A stretch of DNA of 64,000 nucleotides from an uncultured Chloroflexia bacterium. Lineage in GTDB: Bacteria > Chloroflexota > Limnocylindria > Limnocylindrales > CSP1-4. Of the stretch, positions 9,883-20,178 are shown in pieces. The stretch is from NCBI GenBank assembly GCA_963833225.1, contig CAWHXD010000019.1, forward strand, positions 576,001 to 640,000, in the 5' to 3' direction. The translations under genes and the position numbers were made by a program. Position 1 is the first letter of the stretch. Each line of letters starts with the position of its first letter. A model generated the notes under the pieces. It was not told where the DNA came from. It searched no databases and saw only the letters and a list, made by a program, of their open reading frames with translations.

Positions 9883-11514
9883 TCAGCCCGCTGGCGTGCA
9901 CCGTGCGATCTCGGCCAAGAGGGCGTCGGCCGTGGGCGCATGGCCCAGCATCCCGCGGACGGCGTCCCCGGCCGGCCGCTCCCGGCCGAAGCGCAGGATC
10001 CGCTCCCGGAGCCACGCATACCAGCCGGGATCGCCGGCGGTCCAGTCGCCGCGCCCGGAGCTGATCGCGGCCCGCAGCCCCGCCGCCAGCACGGCACCCA
10101 CCGCGTAGTTGGCCATGTAGCCCGGCTCCTGGACCAGCTGTCCGCGGATCGCCCACCACGACCATTCCGGGTGGGCCGCGATCCCGAGCCACGTGCTGGT
10201 GAGGTCCGTCCAGACGTCGTTTGCCCGGCGGTCCGGATCGTCCAGCATCCGGATCTCGAACATGGCCCAGGCAGCGTCGATCACGACCGCCGCGTAGTGG
10301 CAACGAGCGGCGATCTGCGGCGAGACGACCGGAGGCCCCGGCAGCCAGTGGCGGAGCCAGGCGGGATCCGCCACGTTGAAGGCGACGATGTCCGCCAGGG
10401 CCTCGGTCAGCGCATCGGCATCCGGCCAGTCGGCGAACGCCGGCCGGGTGCGGATCCCGGCGAGGTGGATCGCGTGCCCCGTCTCGTGGACGAGCTCGGC
10501 GAGGTCGCCCAGGCCACCATCGGTGTAGCTGGCCAGGACGGTGGGGCGTCCCGGCGACCAGCTGCCGTCCGCCCGCCGGTGTGGCCGCCCATCGAAGGTC
10601 GTGAAGGCCACCGGGACCGGTGGCCGCCGAGGCCTGGGCGTGACATCGAGGTGGATCCCGAGCCCGTCGAGATCGGCGCCCAGCGCGGCGTAGACGGCAC
10701 GATTGACCGCGAGGACCTCCGGCACGGACATGGGCCCCACCGCGCGCTGGACGGCGCCGGCCTGCCACCACCAGTCCCATGGTTCGATCGCGGGCTCACC
10801 CGCGGCACGGGCCGGCTCGACGACCGCGATCCGCCAGGCCTCCAGCACGCCCTCGGCCCACGCCCGGATCTCCGCGGGAGCGACATCGAGGCCCGCCGCG
10901 TTGGCCGCCAGGCGCGAGCGTCCCAGGCGGGCCTCCTGCGATGCCTCACGGATCAGCGCCCGGTAGGGGGAGCCCCCCTCGTCGTCCCCGTTGACGACCC
11001 GCCACAGCGGCGCGAGGGCAAGGAACAGGTGGCGGCGGACCACCGGATCGGGCTCCGTGCCGAGTCGGGCCAGCACCTGCGGCCGGGACATCACCCTGCC
11101 CTCCGCCTCGAGCGCGTCGGCGGTCGTCCCGTAGCAGGCCTCCAGCCGGCGATGGAGCGGCTCCCCGCCGGCGGCGATGAGACGCTCCCAGGCGCGCGCA
11201 TCGCCGCAGCTTGCCTCCCGGGTGCCGGGTTCGACCCCGGGCGTGACGGGGAGGCTGTAGGCGTCCGCCTCGGCCATGCCCTCGAGCATGCGGTCGAAGG
11301 CCCGGCGATCCTCGCGGGTGAGCTCGCTCACGGCACGACGATCGAACGTGGCGAGCCCGGCGTGCACGGCTGCCGACGCTTCGGCCGCCTGGCGTTCCAG
11401 CCCGCGAACGTCCTGTGGCTCACCCGTCGCCCGGGCGACATCGAGCCGGTCGCGGGCACCCCGGGCAGCGAGGTACGCGGCCTCGAGCGCGGCCAGGCGT
11501 TCGGAAGGTGTCAC
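9883..11514 (-). CDS. Putative zinc metallopeptidase (gluzincin, M3/M2-like)
   Basis: LVHETGHAIH (HEXXH), downstream EALAD third ligand, PGYMANY. Confidence 0.7.
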   Translation of the reverse strand: MTPSERLAALEAAYLAARGARDRLDVARATGEPQDVRGLERQAAEASAAVHAGLATFDRRAVSELTREDRRAFDRMLEGMAEADAYSLPVTPGVEPGTREASCGDARAWERLIAAGGEPLHRRLEACYGTTADALEAEGRVMSRPQVLARLGTEPDPVVRRHLFLALAPLWRVVNGDDEGGSPYRALIREASQEARLGRSRLAANAAGLDVAPAEIRAWAEGVLEAWRIAVVEPARAAGEPAIEPWDWWWQAGAVQRAVGPMSVPEVLAVNRAVYAALGADLDGLGIHLDVTPRPRRPPVPVAFTTFDGRPHRRADGSWSPGRPTVLASYTDGGLGDLAELVHETGHAIHLAGIRTRPAFADWPDADALTEALADIVAFNVADPAWLRHWLPGPPVVSPQIAARCHYAAVVIDAAWAMFEIRMLDDPDRRANDVWTDLTSTWLGIAAHPEWSWWAIRGQLVQEPGYMANYAVGAVLAAGLRAAISSGRGDWTAGDPGWYAWLRERILRFGRERPAGDAVRGMLGHAPTADALLAEIARCTPAG

Positions 11515-11572
11515 CCGGTCATCGTCGCACGCGGCGGACTCGCGCCGGGGACCGGTGTGTCACGATCCATCC

Positions 11573-13130
11573 ATGGAGCTCACCTTTCTCGGCGGCGCCC
11601 GGACCGTGACCGGCTCCCGCCATCTCGTCGATACCGGGCACGCTCGCGTGCTCGTGGACTGCGGCATGTTCCAGGGGGGACCCGACGAATCGGTTCGCAA
11701 CCGCGTGCCGCTGGGCGTCGACCCGGCCACGCTGGACGCGGTCGTCCTCACCCACGCTCATCTCGACCACTGCGGCCTGCTGCCGCTCCTTGTGCGCGAG
11801 GGGTTCCGGGGCAGGATCTGGTGTACCGCGGCCACCGCGGAGCTCGCCCGGCTCGTCCTGCTCGACAGCGCCAAGCTCCAGGTGGAGTTCGCCAAGCGAT
11901 CCGCCCGACGCGAACGCCGCGATCCCGAGCGGGCCGCCGCCCGCGAAGCCCGTGACGAGCGGTTATTCGAGGAGGCCGTGGAGCTCGCGGCGACCGGTGC
12001 CGAGAGCCCGGGCGGCCCGGATCCCGAGGATCTGCTCCGTGCGGCCGGTCCGATCGTGGACGTGGGCCTGTCGGACCCGATCTACACGGAGGATGACGCC
12101 GGCGCCACGCTGCCCATGCTTCGCCACATCCCGTACGCGTCGGAGCACGAGGTGGCGCAGGGCGTTCACGTCACCCTGCTCGACGCAGGGCACATCCTCG
12201 GGTCATCGATCGTGCGGATGCGGATCGCGCGCCCGGGGGGCGGCCGCGACACGGTGGTCATCTTCTCGGGCGATCTTGGCCGCCCCGGCACGCCGATCCT
12301 GCGCGACCCCACCTCGGTGGGCGAGGCCGATGTCGTCGTGATGGAGTCGACGTATGGCGGGCGCGAGCACGAGGCGGCCGCGGTCGCGATCGACACGCTC
12401 GACATCGGTGGTCAACGACGCGGTCCGCCGGAAGGGCGTGCTGCTGATCCCCTCGTTTGCGATCGGGCGTACCCAGGAGCTCGTCTGGGAGCTCTCGCGC
12501 CTGGTGGAGGCGGGCCGGATCCCCCATCTGCCGCTGTACCTGGACTCGCCGATGGCCAAGGCGGCCTCGGACATCTACCGCGCCCATCCGGAGGCGTACG
12601 ACGCGGAGACGGCGGCGATCCTCCGCGAGCAGGGCGCGCCGCTCGACTACCCGGGCCAGCGCGTGGTCCAGAACGTCCAGGAGTCGATGAGGATCGAGCA
12701 CTCCAAGCCGCCGTACGTGATCATCGCGTCCAATGGGATGCTCACCGGCGGCCGATCCGTGGGTCACGCGGAGCGGTTGCTCGACGACCCGTCGGCGACG
12801 GTCCTGTTCGTCGGCTACCAGGGCGAGGGAACGCTCGGCGGGCACCTGATGCGGGGGGCCGATCGGGCGCGGATCGGCGGTCACGACATGCCCATTCGCG
12901 CCTCGATCCGGTCGCTCGACGGGTTCTCGGCCCACGCCGACGAGCCGGAGCTGCTCGACTGGGTGGGCGGGTTCATCCGCGGGCGCAAGGCGGGGGATCC
13001 GGGCGTCCCGGGGCACGTGTACCTGGTCCACGGGGACCCGCCGGCCCAGGAGGTGCTGGCGCCCAAGGTCACCGCCCTGGGGTTCGACGTGCAGGTTCCG
13101 TCATGGCACCAGACGGTGTCCCTGGACTAG
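11573..13130 (+). CDS. MBL-fold beta-CASP ribonuclease (TTHA0252/YSH1-like), +1 frameshift near 12401
   Basis: VTGSRH, VDCGMFQG, THAHLDHCG, DAGHILGS, SGDLG, MESTYG in frame 1; IPSFAIGRTQE, FSAHAD, LVHGD in frame 2; total length 3n+1. Confidence 0.9.
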
Positions 13131-13142
13131 GTCCGCCCGGGG

Positions 13143-14183
13143 TCAGTCGTCCCGACGCACAAGCCGGGTGAACCGCGGCAGGCCGGGCACGAGCGTGCCC
13201 TTGACGACGTCGAGGACGTCCGTGCCGCTGCCGATCCTGACCACGCGCAGCGTGTAGCGACGGCCCTCGAGCTGCGTGTTCCCGTGGAGGATCGTGCGGG
13301 CAGTGGTGTAGCCGGCCTCGCGGACGATGGCCTGCAGCGTGGCGTCGAACCCGCCGCCGACGTAGGCGATCGAGTCGGGCACGATTCCCAGGTGCGCCTC
13401 GATGATCGTTCGGGGCAGCGTGACCTCGCGGCGCATCACGGCTTCCGAGACGGCCGGGTGCTTGCCGCCGAGGCCGGCCAGCTGTCGATGGTGCAGACCA
13501 TGCGCGCCGATGCCCATGCCCGCGGCCGCCAGCTCGCGCAGCTCACGCCAGGTCATGCCGCCGCTGGGCAGCGACTGGAGCGTCACGTAGAACTCGGCCA
13601 CCATGCCCCGCTCCTGCAGCAGCGGCAGGACCGTGCTCGCCCAGTCGTGCGTGCCGTCGTCGAAGGTGATCATCACCGGCCGCTCGGGAAGGGGCACCCC
13701 GCTGTCCCAGAACGCGGCAAGGTCGCGAGGCAGGATCGTCGTGTAGCCGTGGGCCACCAGCCAGTCCAGCTGGGCCTCGAAGGCGGCGGGCACCACGTCG
13801 TAGGCGAGGAACCGCTCCCGCTGGGCACGGGTCCACTGCCGGAAGCCGCGCGGTGGCGCGATGATCCGGTGGTAGTAGAGGATCGGGACGGAGACGGCCA
13901 TCGACGTCGGAGCCGCGGGGTCCCCACCGGGCGGGCCGGGCGACGCGGGCGCGGGCGCGGCGGGCGGCGCGGCCGACGGTGCCGGTTCCGGATGGTCTCC
14001 GGCCGCCGGTTGCGAGATGGCCACGGGCGCCTGTGCGTCGGCCGGCGAGAGGACGGGCGGCTCGGGCGGGTAGATCCATGCGGGAGCCGCGGCTGCCTGG
14101 CAGCCGGCGGTGGCCACGGCCAGCACAACGACGACGATGGCGGCCAGCCACGTCCTCGCCTGCACTGCCGAGCCTCGACTCAC
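13143..14183 (-). CDS. Polysaccharide deacetylase family lipoprotein (CE4/NodB-like)
   Basis: Lipobox TAGC, Pro/Ala linker, VPILYYH, MITFDDG, IGAHGLHH. Confidence 0.85.
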   Translation of the reverse strand: MSRGSAVQARTWLAAIVVVVLAVATAGCQAAAAPAWIYPPEPPVLSPADAQAPVAISQPAAGDHPEPAPSAAPPAAPAPASPGPPGGDPAAPTSMAVSVPILYYHRIIAPPRGFRQWTRAQRERFLAYDVVPAAFEAQLDWLVAHGYTTILPRDLAAFWDSGVPLPERPVMITFDDGTHDWASTVLPLLQERGMVAEFYVTLQSLPSGGMTWRELRELAAAGMGIGAHGLHHRQLAGLGGKHPAVSEAVMRREVTLPRTIIEAHLGIVPDSIAYVGGGFDATLQAIVREAGYTTARTILHGNTQLEGRRYTLRVVRIGSGTDVLDVVKGTLVPGLPRFTRLVRRDD

Positions 14184-14285
14184 CTACAACCCCCGGGCCT
14201 GCGCTCCCGGGCTGCCGTCCTTGCTCCTGGTTGGTGGGCCGGCACCGGGTCGCCTATCGTGCCACCGATCCACGGATGTGGCCGC

Positions 14286-15953
14286 TCAATCCGCAGCCGG
14301 CTGGATCTGCTCTCGCGTCGTCGCCACCCGCTCTGCCAGGACGCTGGCCACGTCGTGCCCCGTGACCGCCTCGAGGAAGTCCACCCGCTCCAGCATCAGC
14401 AGCACACAGGCGGCGTTGGCGGTGACCGTAGCCGTCCGCGGCACACGGTGGAGGAGCGCGATCTCGCCGAACCCGGTGCCGCGTTCGTCAAGGCGGTTGA
14501 GGTCGTGGCCGCGCTGGGTGACGAGCAGGGAGCCGGTCTCGAGGACGTAGTACCGGTCGCCGGGGTCGCCCTCGCGAATCAGCACGTCGCCGCGCTCGGC
14601 CGTCAGCCACCGGGTGCGCCCTGCGACCGACTCGAGCTCGGGCGGGGCGAGCGGGGCAAACAGCTCTGAGTCGCGTAGCAGCGCAACCTCGCGAACCGGC
14701 ACGCGGACGCGGCGATCGATCGCGCGAAGGCCGACCCATGCGATCGCCACGCCGGCCGGCATCAACGCGCCGACAGCGACGATGGCGACCTCGGGTCCCC
14801 AGGCGCCGGCGAGCACCGGGACCAGCAACGAGCCCATCGCCAGGCCGGTCAGCCCGACTCCCTCGAGCGCCCCGAGCACGCGCGCGAGAGACCGGTCGTC
14901 GGTGACCCGCTGGAGGATCGTGCGGCCCGCCACATCGCAGGCCGCCAGGCCAACCCCGCCGAGGGCGATCACCGCCGGCGCGAGGAGTGCCGGCGTGATC
15001 GCACCCATCGCCACCAGGGCCAGTCCCCAGCCAAGCGCGCTCAGCGCCAGCGCCGGCGCCAGCCGCTGTCGGCCGACGAGCGCGAAGCTCACGGCCCCGC
15101 CCACGACAGTGCCCAGGCCGAGGGAGGCGTTGAGGATCCCGGCTCCCGACTCGCCCGTGCCAAAGACCTCCAGGGCCAGGAGCACCAGCAGCACGTCGAC
15201 GGCACCGACGGTGAGCATCCGGAGCCCGAGGAGCGCCACCACGAGTCCCGTGTCCTTGTTCGAGGCGAGGGCCCGCAGCCCGCCCACCATGAGCCAGGCC
15301 GGCGACCGGCGAATGCGCTGGCTCAAGTCTCCGGGCTCACCGCCCATCGTCCGGCGAACCGTCGCTGTCGGCCTCACCGGCAGCCCCACAACGGAGATCG
15401 CGGCCGCGAGGCTCGCCACGGCCCCCGCCGCGAACACGAGCCCGGGCGTGCCGACGGCCAGCAGTCCGGCCGCCGCGAGCGGTCCCAGCAGCACCCCCGC
15501 CCCTTCCACCGTGCCCGCGACCCCGTTTGCGGCCGTGAGCTCCTCGGGCGTCCGGGACAGGCTTGGCAACAGGGCGCCCTGGGTCGGCCGCGTGAACGTG
15601 AGCGCGACGGAGGCGGTCGCGGCGGCGAGCACCACGAACGCCGGGCTGGCATCGAGGAGCATCCCGGCCGCTGTCGCCCCAAGCCCCACGGTGAGCAGCA
15701 GGTAGCCGGTCACCAGCACGCGCTGGCGCGGGAAGCGGTCGGCGAGGGAGGCCGAGACCGGGGCGAAGGCGGCGGCCGGCGCCAGCTGGGCGAGCGCCAC
15801 GAGGCCGACGCTGGCGGCGCCGAGCGCGCTGTACGCGTAGAGGAGGATCGCGACCCAGGTGCCGTACTCGGCCGCGTTGAACAGCAGGAATGCGAGCTGG
15901 ACGCGGCGCAGCGCCGGGTTGCGCAACACGGCCCGGATGACCCGGACCGACAT
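14286..15953 (-). CDS. MFS transporter fused to C-terminal cyclic nucleotide-binding domain
   Basis: Multiple TM helices with ADRFPR motif; LIREGDPGDRYY...GFGEIALL...PRTATV cNMP signature. Confidence 0.88.
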   Translation of the reverse strand: MSVRVIRAVLRNPALRRVQLAFLLFNAAEYGTWVAILLYAYSALGAASVGLVALAQLAPAAAFAPVSASLADRFPRQRVLVTGYLLLTVGLGATAAGMLLDASPAFVVLAAATASVALTFTRPTQGALLPSLSRTPEELTAANGVAGTVEGAGVLLGPLAAAGLLAVGTPGLVFAAGAVASLAAAISVVGLPVRPTATVRRTMGGEPGDLSQRIRRSPAWLMVGGLRALASNKDTGLVVALLGLRMLTVGAVDVLLVLLALEVFGTGESGAGILNASLGLGTVVGGAVSFALVGRQRLAPALALSALGWGLALVAMGAITPALLAPAVIALGGVGLAACDVAGRTILQRVTDDRSLARVLGALEGVGLTGLAMGSLLVPVLAGAWGPEVAIVAVGALMPAGVAIAWVGLRAIDRRVRVPVREVALLRDSELFAPLAPPELESVAGRTRWLTAERGDVLIREGDPGDRYYVLETGSLLVTQRGHDLNRLDERGTGFGEIALLHRVPRTATVTANAACVLLMLERVDFLEAVTGHDVASVLAERVATTREQIQPAAD

Positions 15954-16170
15954 CCCGAGATGACCGCGCGCGCCTGCCAGGCGGTTCAACGGACGCGGAA
16001 CATCAGGCTGGGGGTCCAGAGCATGGGCGGCAGTCTACGGATACGGGACCGGCCGTGTATCGACCGCGTCGCGCTCCAGAGGACGATCGCTGGCCCGGAA
16101 CCTGGCCGTGGCGCAAGATGGGGGCGTCGGGCCAGCGTCCCAGATGCCCGGCGAACAGGAGAACAGCGAC

Positions 16171-17532
16171 ATGAGCGCGGCCATCCTCACCGCCGCCGAG
16201 CTGGCGAGCGTTCGACGCGAGTACCGTGCCGCGTCCCTCCTCCCCGCCCGCACCTACCACGACCCGGCCATCCTGGGCTGGGAGCGCGAGCACATCGCTC
16301 GACGGGACTGGGTCCTGGTCGCGCGCGAGGAGGACGTGCCGGAGCCCACCAGCTTCAAGCTCGTCGAGCTCGAAGGGGAGAACGTCATCGTGGTCCGCGG
16401 TCGCGACGGCGTGATCCGGGCGTTCTACAACGTGTGCCGCCACCGCGGAACCGCGGTCGAGGAGCGCGAGTGCGGCAAGGCGGTCCGGTTCCAATGCGTC
16501 TACCACGCCTGGATCTATGACCTCGAGGGTCATCTCGTTCGCGCCAAGCACACGGACGACCTCGAGGACTTCAGCTTCGAGACCTTCGGCCTGGCCCCGA
16601 TCCACCTCGAGACCTGGCAGGGCTTCGTGTTCCTCAACCTCTCCGATGGGGAGGTCGAGCCCCTCGGGTCGCAGCTGGGCGACCTGGTGGACCAGTTCGC
16701 GCGCTTCGACTTCACGAGCCTGCGCTCCGCGAAGCGGATCGAGTACGACGTTGCGGCCAACTGGAAGTTCATCGCCGAGAACTACAGCGAGTGCTACCAC
16801 TGCCCAGGTGTCCACCCCCAGCTCAACAGGCTCACCCCCTATGACCTGGGTGGCGAGTTCGAGCCCAACGGCGCCTGGCAGGGCGGCTACATGGAGCTGG
16901 TCGATGGCGCCGAGACCATGGCCCTCGACGGTGGCCACGGGTCGCGCGGCGGGCGGCCGCCGATGTGCGGGATCAACACCGAGGACGAGCTCCGGGTCTA
17001 CTACTACGTCGTCTGGCCGCTGGCGTTCCTGTCGATCCATCCCGACTACCTGCTCGTCCACCGCCTGGAGCCCATCGCGCCGGACCGGACGCGGGTCATC
17101 TGCGAGTGGCTGTTCGAGAAGGACACGATCGAGCAGCCGGACTTCGACCCCTCCGAGCCGATCGAGTTCTGGGACCTGACGAACCAGCAGGACTGGCACG
17201 TCTGCGAGCTCCAGCAGCGAGGCACCCGGTCTCGGACCTGGAAGGCCGGGCGGTACTCCAACGAGGAGCCGTCGGTCCAGGCGTTCGACCTGATGGTCGC
17301 GGCCCGCTACAACGGCGATCCGATCACGGGATGGAAGGCGACTCCCCGGCAGGACTACGCCCCGTCCCCGGCGCGGCCGTCGGGCGATGGCTCGAACGGG
17401 CACAGCTCGAACGGGCACAGCTCGAACGGGCGTGGCACGAACGGGCGCGGCTCGAGGCGCGACGCGATCGGATCGGGCGGGGCGACGGAGGGTCGCCGCA
17501 CCGCGCGCCCAAGGGCATCCGTCGGGGACTGA
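16171..17532 (+). CDS. Rieske aromatic-ring-hydroxylating oxygenase alpha subunit (GbcA/choline monooxygenase-like)
   Basis: NVCRHRG and CVYHAWIY Rieske ligands; NWK..ENYSECYHC..VH mononuclear Fe site; AGGAG RBS. Confidence 0.92.
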   Translation: MSAAILTAAELASVRREYRAASLLPARTYHDPAILGWEREHIARRDWVLVAREEDVPEPTSFKLVELEGENVIVVRGRDGVIRAFYNVCRHRGTAVEERECGKAVRFQCVYHAWIYDLEGHLVRAKHTDDLEDFSFETFGLAPIHLETWQGFVFLNLSDGEVEPLGSQLGDLVDQFARFDFTSLRSAKRIEYDVAANWKFIAENYSECYHCPGVHPQLNRLTPYDLGGEFEPNGAWQGGYMELVDGAETMALDGGHGSRGGRPPMCGINTEDELRVYYYVVWPLAFLSIHPDYLLVHRLEPIAPDRTRVICEWLFEKDTIEQPDFDPSEPIEFWDLTNQQDWHVCELQQRGTRSRTWKAGRYSNEEPSVQAFDLMVAARYNGDPITGWKATPRQDYAPSPARPSGDGSNGHSSNGHSSNGRGTNGRGSRRDAIGSGGATEGRRTARPRASVGD

Positions 17533-17539
17533 TCGCCGG

Positions 17540-18000
17540 ACCGCTGCCGCCGCCGACCGCTGCGGCCACCGACCGCCGCTGCTGACCGCCGACCGCCGTT
17601 GCTGACCGCCGACCGCCAGCCACCGCCGACCGCCGCTGCTGACCGCGAGGCGGTCATTCGGATGGCCCGATCATGCGGCGGCTCGCTCGGCGGGCCTGAG
17701 CATGGGCGGGCGGCGATCTCGTCGGGGATCCTGACCGCCGAGCGGGCATCTGGATGGGCGACCCATCGCAACGACCCGCCGGCGGGCACGAGCGAGAGCG
17801 CAGAGCGGGAGCACGATGGGCCGGGGCCCGAGCCGGAGTCGGCACCGGAGCCGGGGCCCGAGCACGAGGAGCCGGGATCCGAGCCGAAGCCGGGGCCCGA
17901 GCGGGCCCGAAGCCGAGCCGAAGCCGGCACCCGAGCCGAAGCCGGCACCCGAGTCCGAGACCGCTCGACTTGCCGCTCGACTGGCCGCTCGATCCGACGA
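17540..18000. repeat. Cluster of short degenerate tandem repeats in intergenic DNA
   Basis: CCGACCGCCG(C/T)TGCTGACCG x3, GAGCCGGGGCCCGAGC-like units, CCGAGCCGAAGCCGGCAC x2, GCTCGACT(T/G)GCC x2-3. Confidence 0.75.
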
Positions 18001-18139
18001 GGGTCCCGCCCGCAATGGGCCGGATGAACCATGACAGCCCGGGAGGCCCGAGCCACGCTGGCCCCACTCCGACCCGGACGCCGGCACGGCGCGTCCGGGC
18101 CTCGACCCGTTGCTGCGCCACCAGTCCCGGAGTCCGGCA

Positions 18140-19165
18140 ATGGCCCTCGACCTTGGTGCCGACCTGTTCGGGCGCTCCTTCCTCACGCTCCGCGACTTCT
18201 CCGCGGCCGAGATCGAGCACCTGTTGGCACTCGCCGCCCAGCTCAAGACGGAGAAGCGCGAGCATCGCGAGCATCGCCGGCTCGCCGGCCGGAGCATCGC
18301 CCTCATCTTCGAGAAGGACAGCACCCGGACCCGGATCGGGTTCGAGGTTGCCGCGTACGACCAGGGCGCCCACGTCACGTATCTCGGTCCGTCGGGCAGC
18401 CACGTGGGCAAGAAGGAGTCCGTCAAGGACACGGCCCGCGTTCTCGGCCGCGTGTACGACGCGATCGAGTTCCGAGGCTTTCGGCAGGCTGACGTCGAGG
18501 CGCTCGCGCAGCACTCCGGTGTCCCGGTCTACAACGGCCTCACCGACGAGGACCACCCGACGCAGGTCCTCGCCGATCTGCTCACCATCCGCGAACACGT
18601 CGGGAAGCCGCTCGACAAGGTCACGCTCGCCTACGTGGGTGACGCCCACAGCAACATGGGCGACGAGCTGCTGATCGGCTGCGCCACCATGGGCCTTGAC
18701 CTGCGGATCGTGGCCCCGGAGCCGGTCTGGCCCCGTGAGTCGTTCCTCGCCTGGGCGCGGGAGCACGCCGGGCCAAGCGGCGCCCGGATCACGGTGACCG
18801 ACGAGATCGCGGCTGGTGTCCATGGCGCCGACGTCGTGTACACGGATGTCTGGGTGTCGATGGGGGAGCCGGAGGCCGTATGGGACGAGCGGATCGCCAT
18901 GCTCCGGCCGTACCAGGTGGACGCCGCGATGATGGCCGCGACCGGCAACCCGGACGCGAGGTTCATGCACTGCCTGCCCGCGATCCACGATCTCGAGACC
19001 GAGGTCGGCCGCAGGATGTTCGAGCGCCACGGCCTGACGGCGATGGAGGTCACTGACGAGGTGTTCGAGTCGCCGGGATCGATCGTGTTCGACCAGGCCG
19101 AGAACCGGATGCACACGATCAAGGCGGTGCTGGTCGCGACGCTCTCGCGGGACGGGTTGCGCTGA
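18140..19165 (+). CDS. argF: Ornithine carbamoyltransferase (probably catabolic, ArcB-type)
   Basis: [51 protein letters not shown]. Confidence 0.96.
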   Translation: MALDLGADLFGRSFLTLRDFSAAEIEHLLALAAQLKTEKREHREHRRLAGRSIALIFEKDSTRTRIGFEVAAYDQGAHVTYLGPSGSHVGKKESVKDTARVLGRVYDAIEFRGFRQADVEALAQHSGVPVYNGLTDEDHPTQVLADLLTIREHVGKPLDKVTLAYVGDAHSNMGDELLIGCATMGLDLRIVAPEPVWPRESFLAWAREHAGPSGARITVTDEIAAGVHGADVVYTDVWVSMGEPEAVWDERIAMLRPYQVDAAMMAATGNPDARFMHCLPAIHDLETEVGRRMFERHGLTAMEVTDEVFESPGSIVFDQAENRMHTIKAVLVATLSRDGLR

Positions 19166-20121
19166 TGCGCGTCGTCGCGGCGCTCGGCGGGAACGCGCTC
19201 CTCCGCCGGGGCGACCCGCTCACCGCGGAGAACCAGCGGGCAAACATCGCCATCGCGGCGCATGCCCTGCTGCCCATCGCCCTGGAGCACGACCTGATCC
19301 TCACCCACGGCAATGGCCCGCAGGTGGGCCTGCTGGCCCTCCAGAACCTTGCGTACCGCCCCGACGAGATCTACCCGCTCGACATCCTCGACGCCGAGAG
19401 CGAGGGGATGATCGGGTACCTCCTGGAGCAGGAGCTCGGCAACCTGCTCCCGGGCCGGCGGCTCGCGACCCTGCTCACGCGGATCGAGGTCGCCCGTGAC
19501 GACCCAGCGTTCATGCGCCCGACCAAGCCGATCGGCCCGGTGTACGAGCGCGAGGAGGCGGAGCGCCTGGCGGCGGAGCGGGACTGGACGATCGCGCCCG
19601 ACGGGGCGAAGTGGCGGCGCGTGGTGCCCTCGCCCGAGCCGCGCCGCATCCTGGAGATCGACGTGATCCGGCAGCTCGTCACGGCCGGCGTGGTGGTGGT
19701 CTGCGCGGGCGGCGGCGGGATCCCGGTGGTCGGCGGGCACGGGGGATACGGTGGCGTCGAGGCGGTGATCGACAAGGATCTCGCCGGCGCGCTGCTTGCG
19801 AGGTCGCTGAAGGCAGACGCGTTCCTGATGCTCACCGATGTCGACGGCGTGTACCGCGACTGGGGGACACCCGAGGCGCAGCTCATCGAGCGGATCGCAC
19901 CCGAGGATCTCGATCCCTCGCTGTTCGCGGCGGGCTCGATGGGCCCCAAGGTCGCCGCCGCGAAACGGTTCGCGGAGACGGATGGTGGGTTCGCCATGAT
20001 CGGGGCGCTCGTCGATGCGGCCCGGATGCTCGCAGGCGAGGCGGGGACGATGGTCACGCCGGCCCGCGCGCCGGTCGCCTGGGACGAGGCGATGATGACG
20101 GCCGCGAGGCGGGCAGGCTGA
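19165..20121 (+). CDS. arcC: Carbamate kinase
   Basis: ALGGNALL, THGNGPQVG, PTKPIGP, RRVVPSP, GGGGIPV, EAVIDKD, GSMGPKV. Confidence 0.96.
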   Translation: MRVVAALGGNALLRRGDPLTAENQRANIAIAAHALLPIALEHDLILTHGNGPQVGLLALQNLAYRPDEIYPLDILDAESEGMIGYLLEQELGNLLPGRRLATLLTRIEVARDDPAFMRPTKPIGPVYEREEAERLAAERDWTIAPDGAKWRRVVPSPEPRRILEIDVIRQLVTAGVVVVCAGGGGIPVVGGHGGYGGVEAVIDKDLAGALLARSLKADAFLMLTDVDGVYRDWGTPEAQLIERIAPEDLDPSLFAAGSMGPKVAAAKRFAETDGGFAMIGALVDAARMLAGEAGTMVTPARAPVAWDEAMMTAARRAG

Positions 20122-20178
20122 TCCCGCGCCGGAACCCAGATCCGCAGGCAGAGCGCCGGTCGCGCTAGCATTCGCCGC

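Noticed and set aside
11573-13130. Programmed ribosomal frameshift in the beta-CASP gene
   Set aside because: No slippery sequence at the junction and the same +1 pattern recurs in unrelated genes
17391-17450. 15-bp repeats encoding SNGHSSNGHSSNGRG in the Rieske tail as a functional motif
   Set aside because: Lies in a low-complexity tail after the catalytic domain; consistent with neutral slippage
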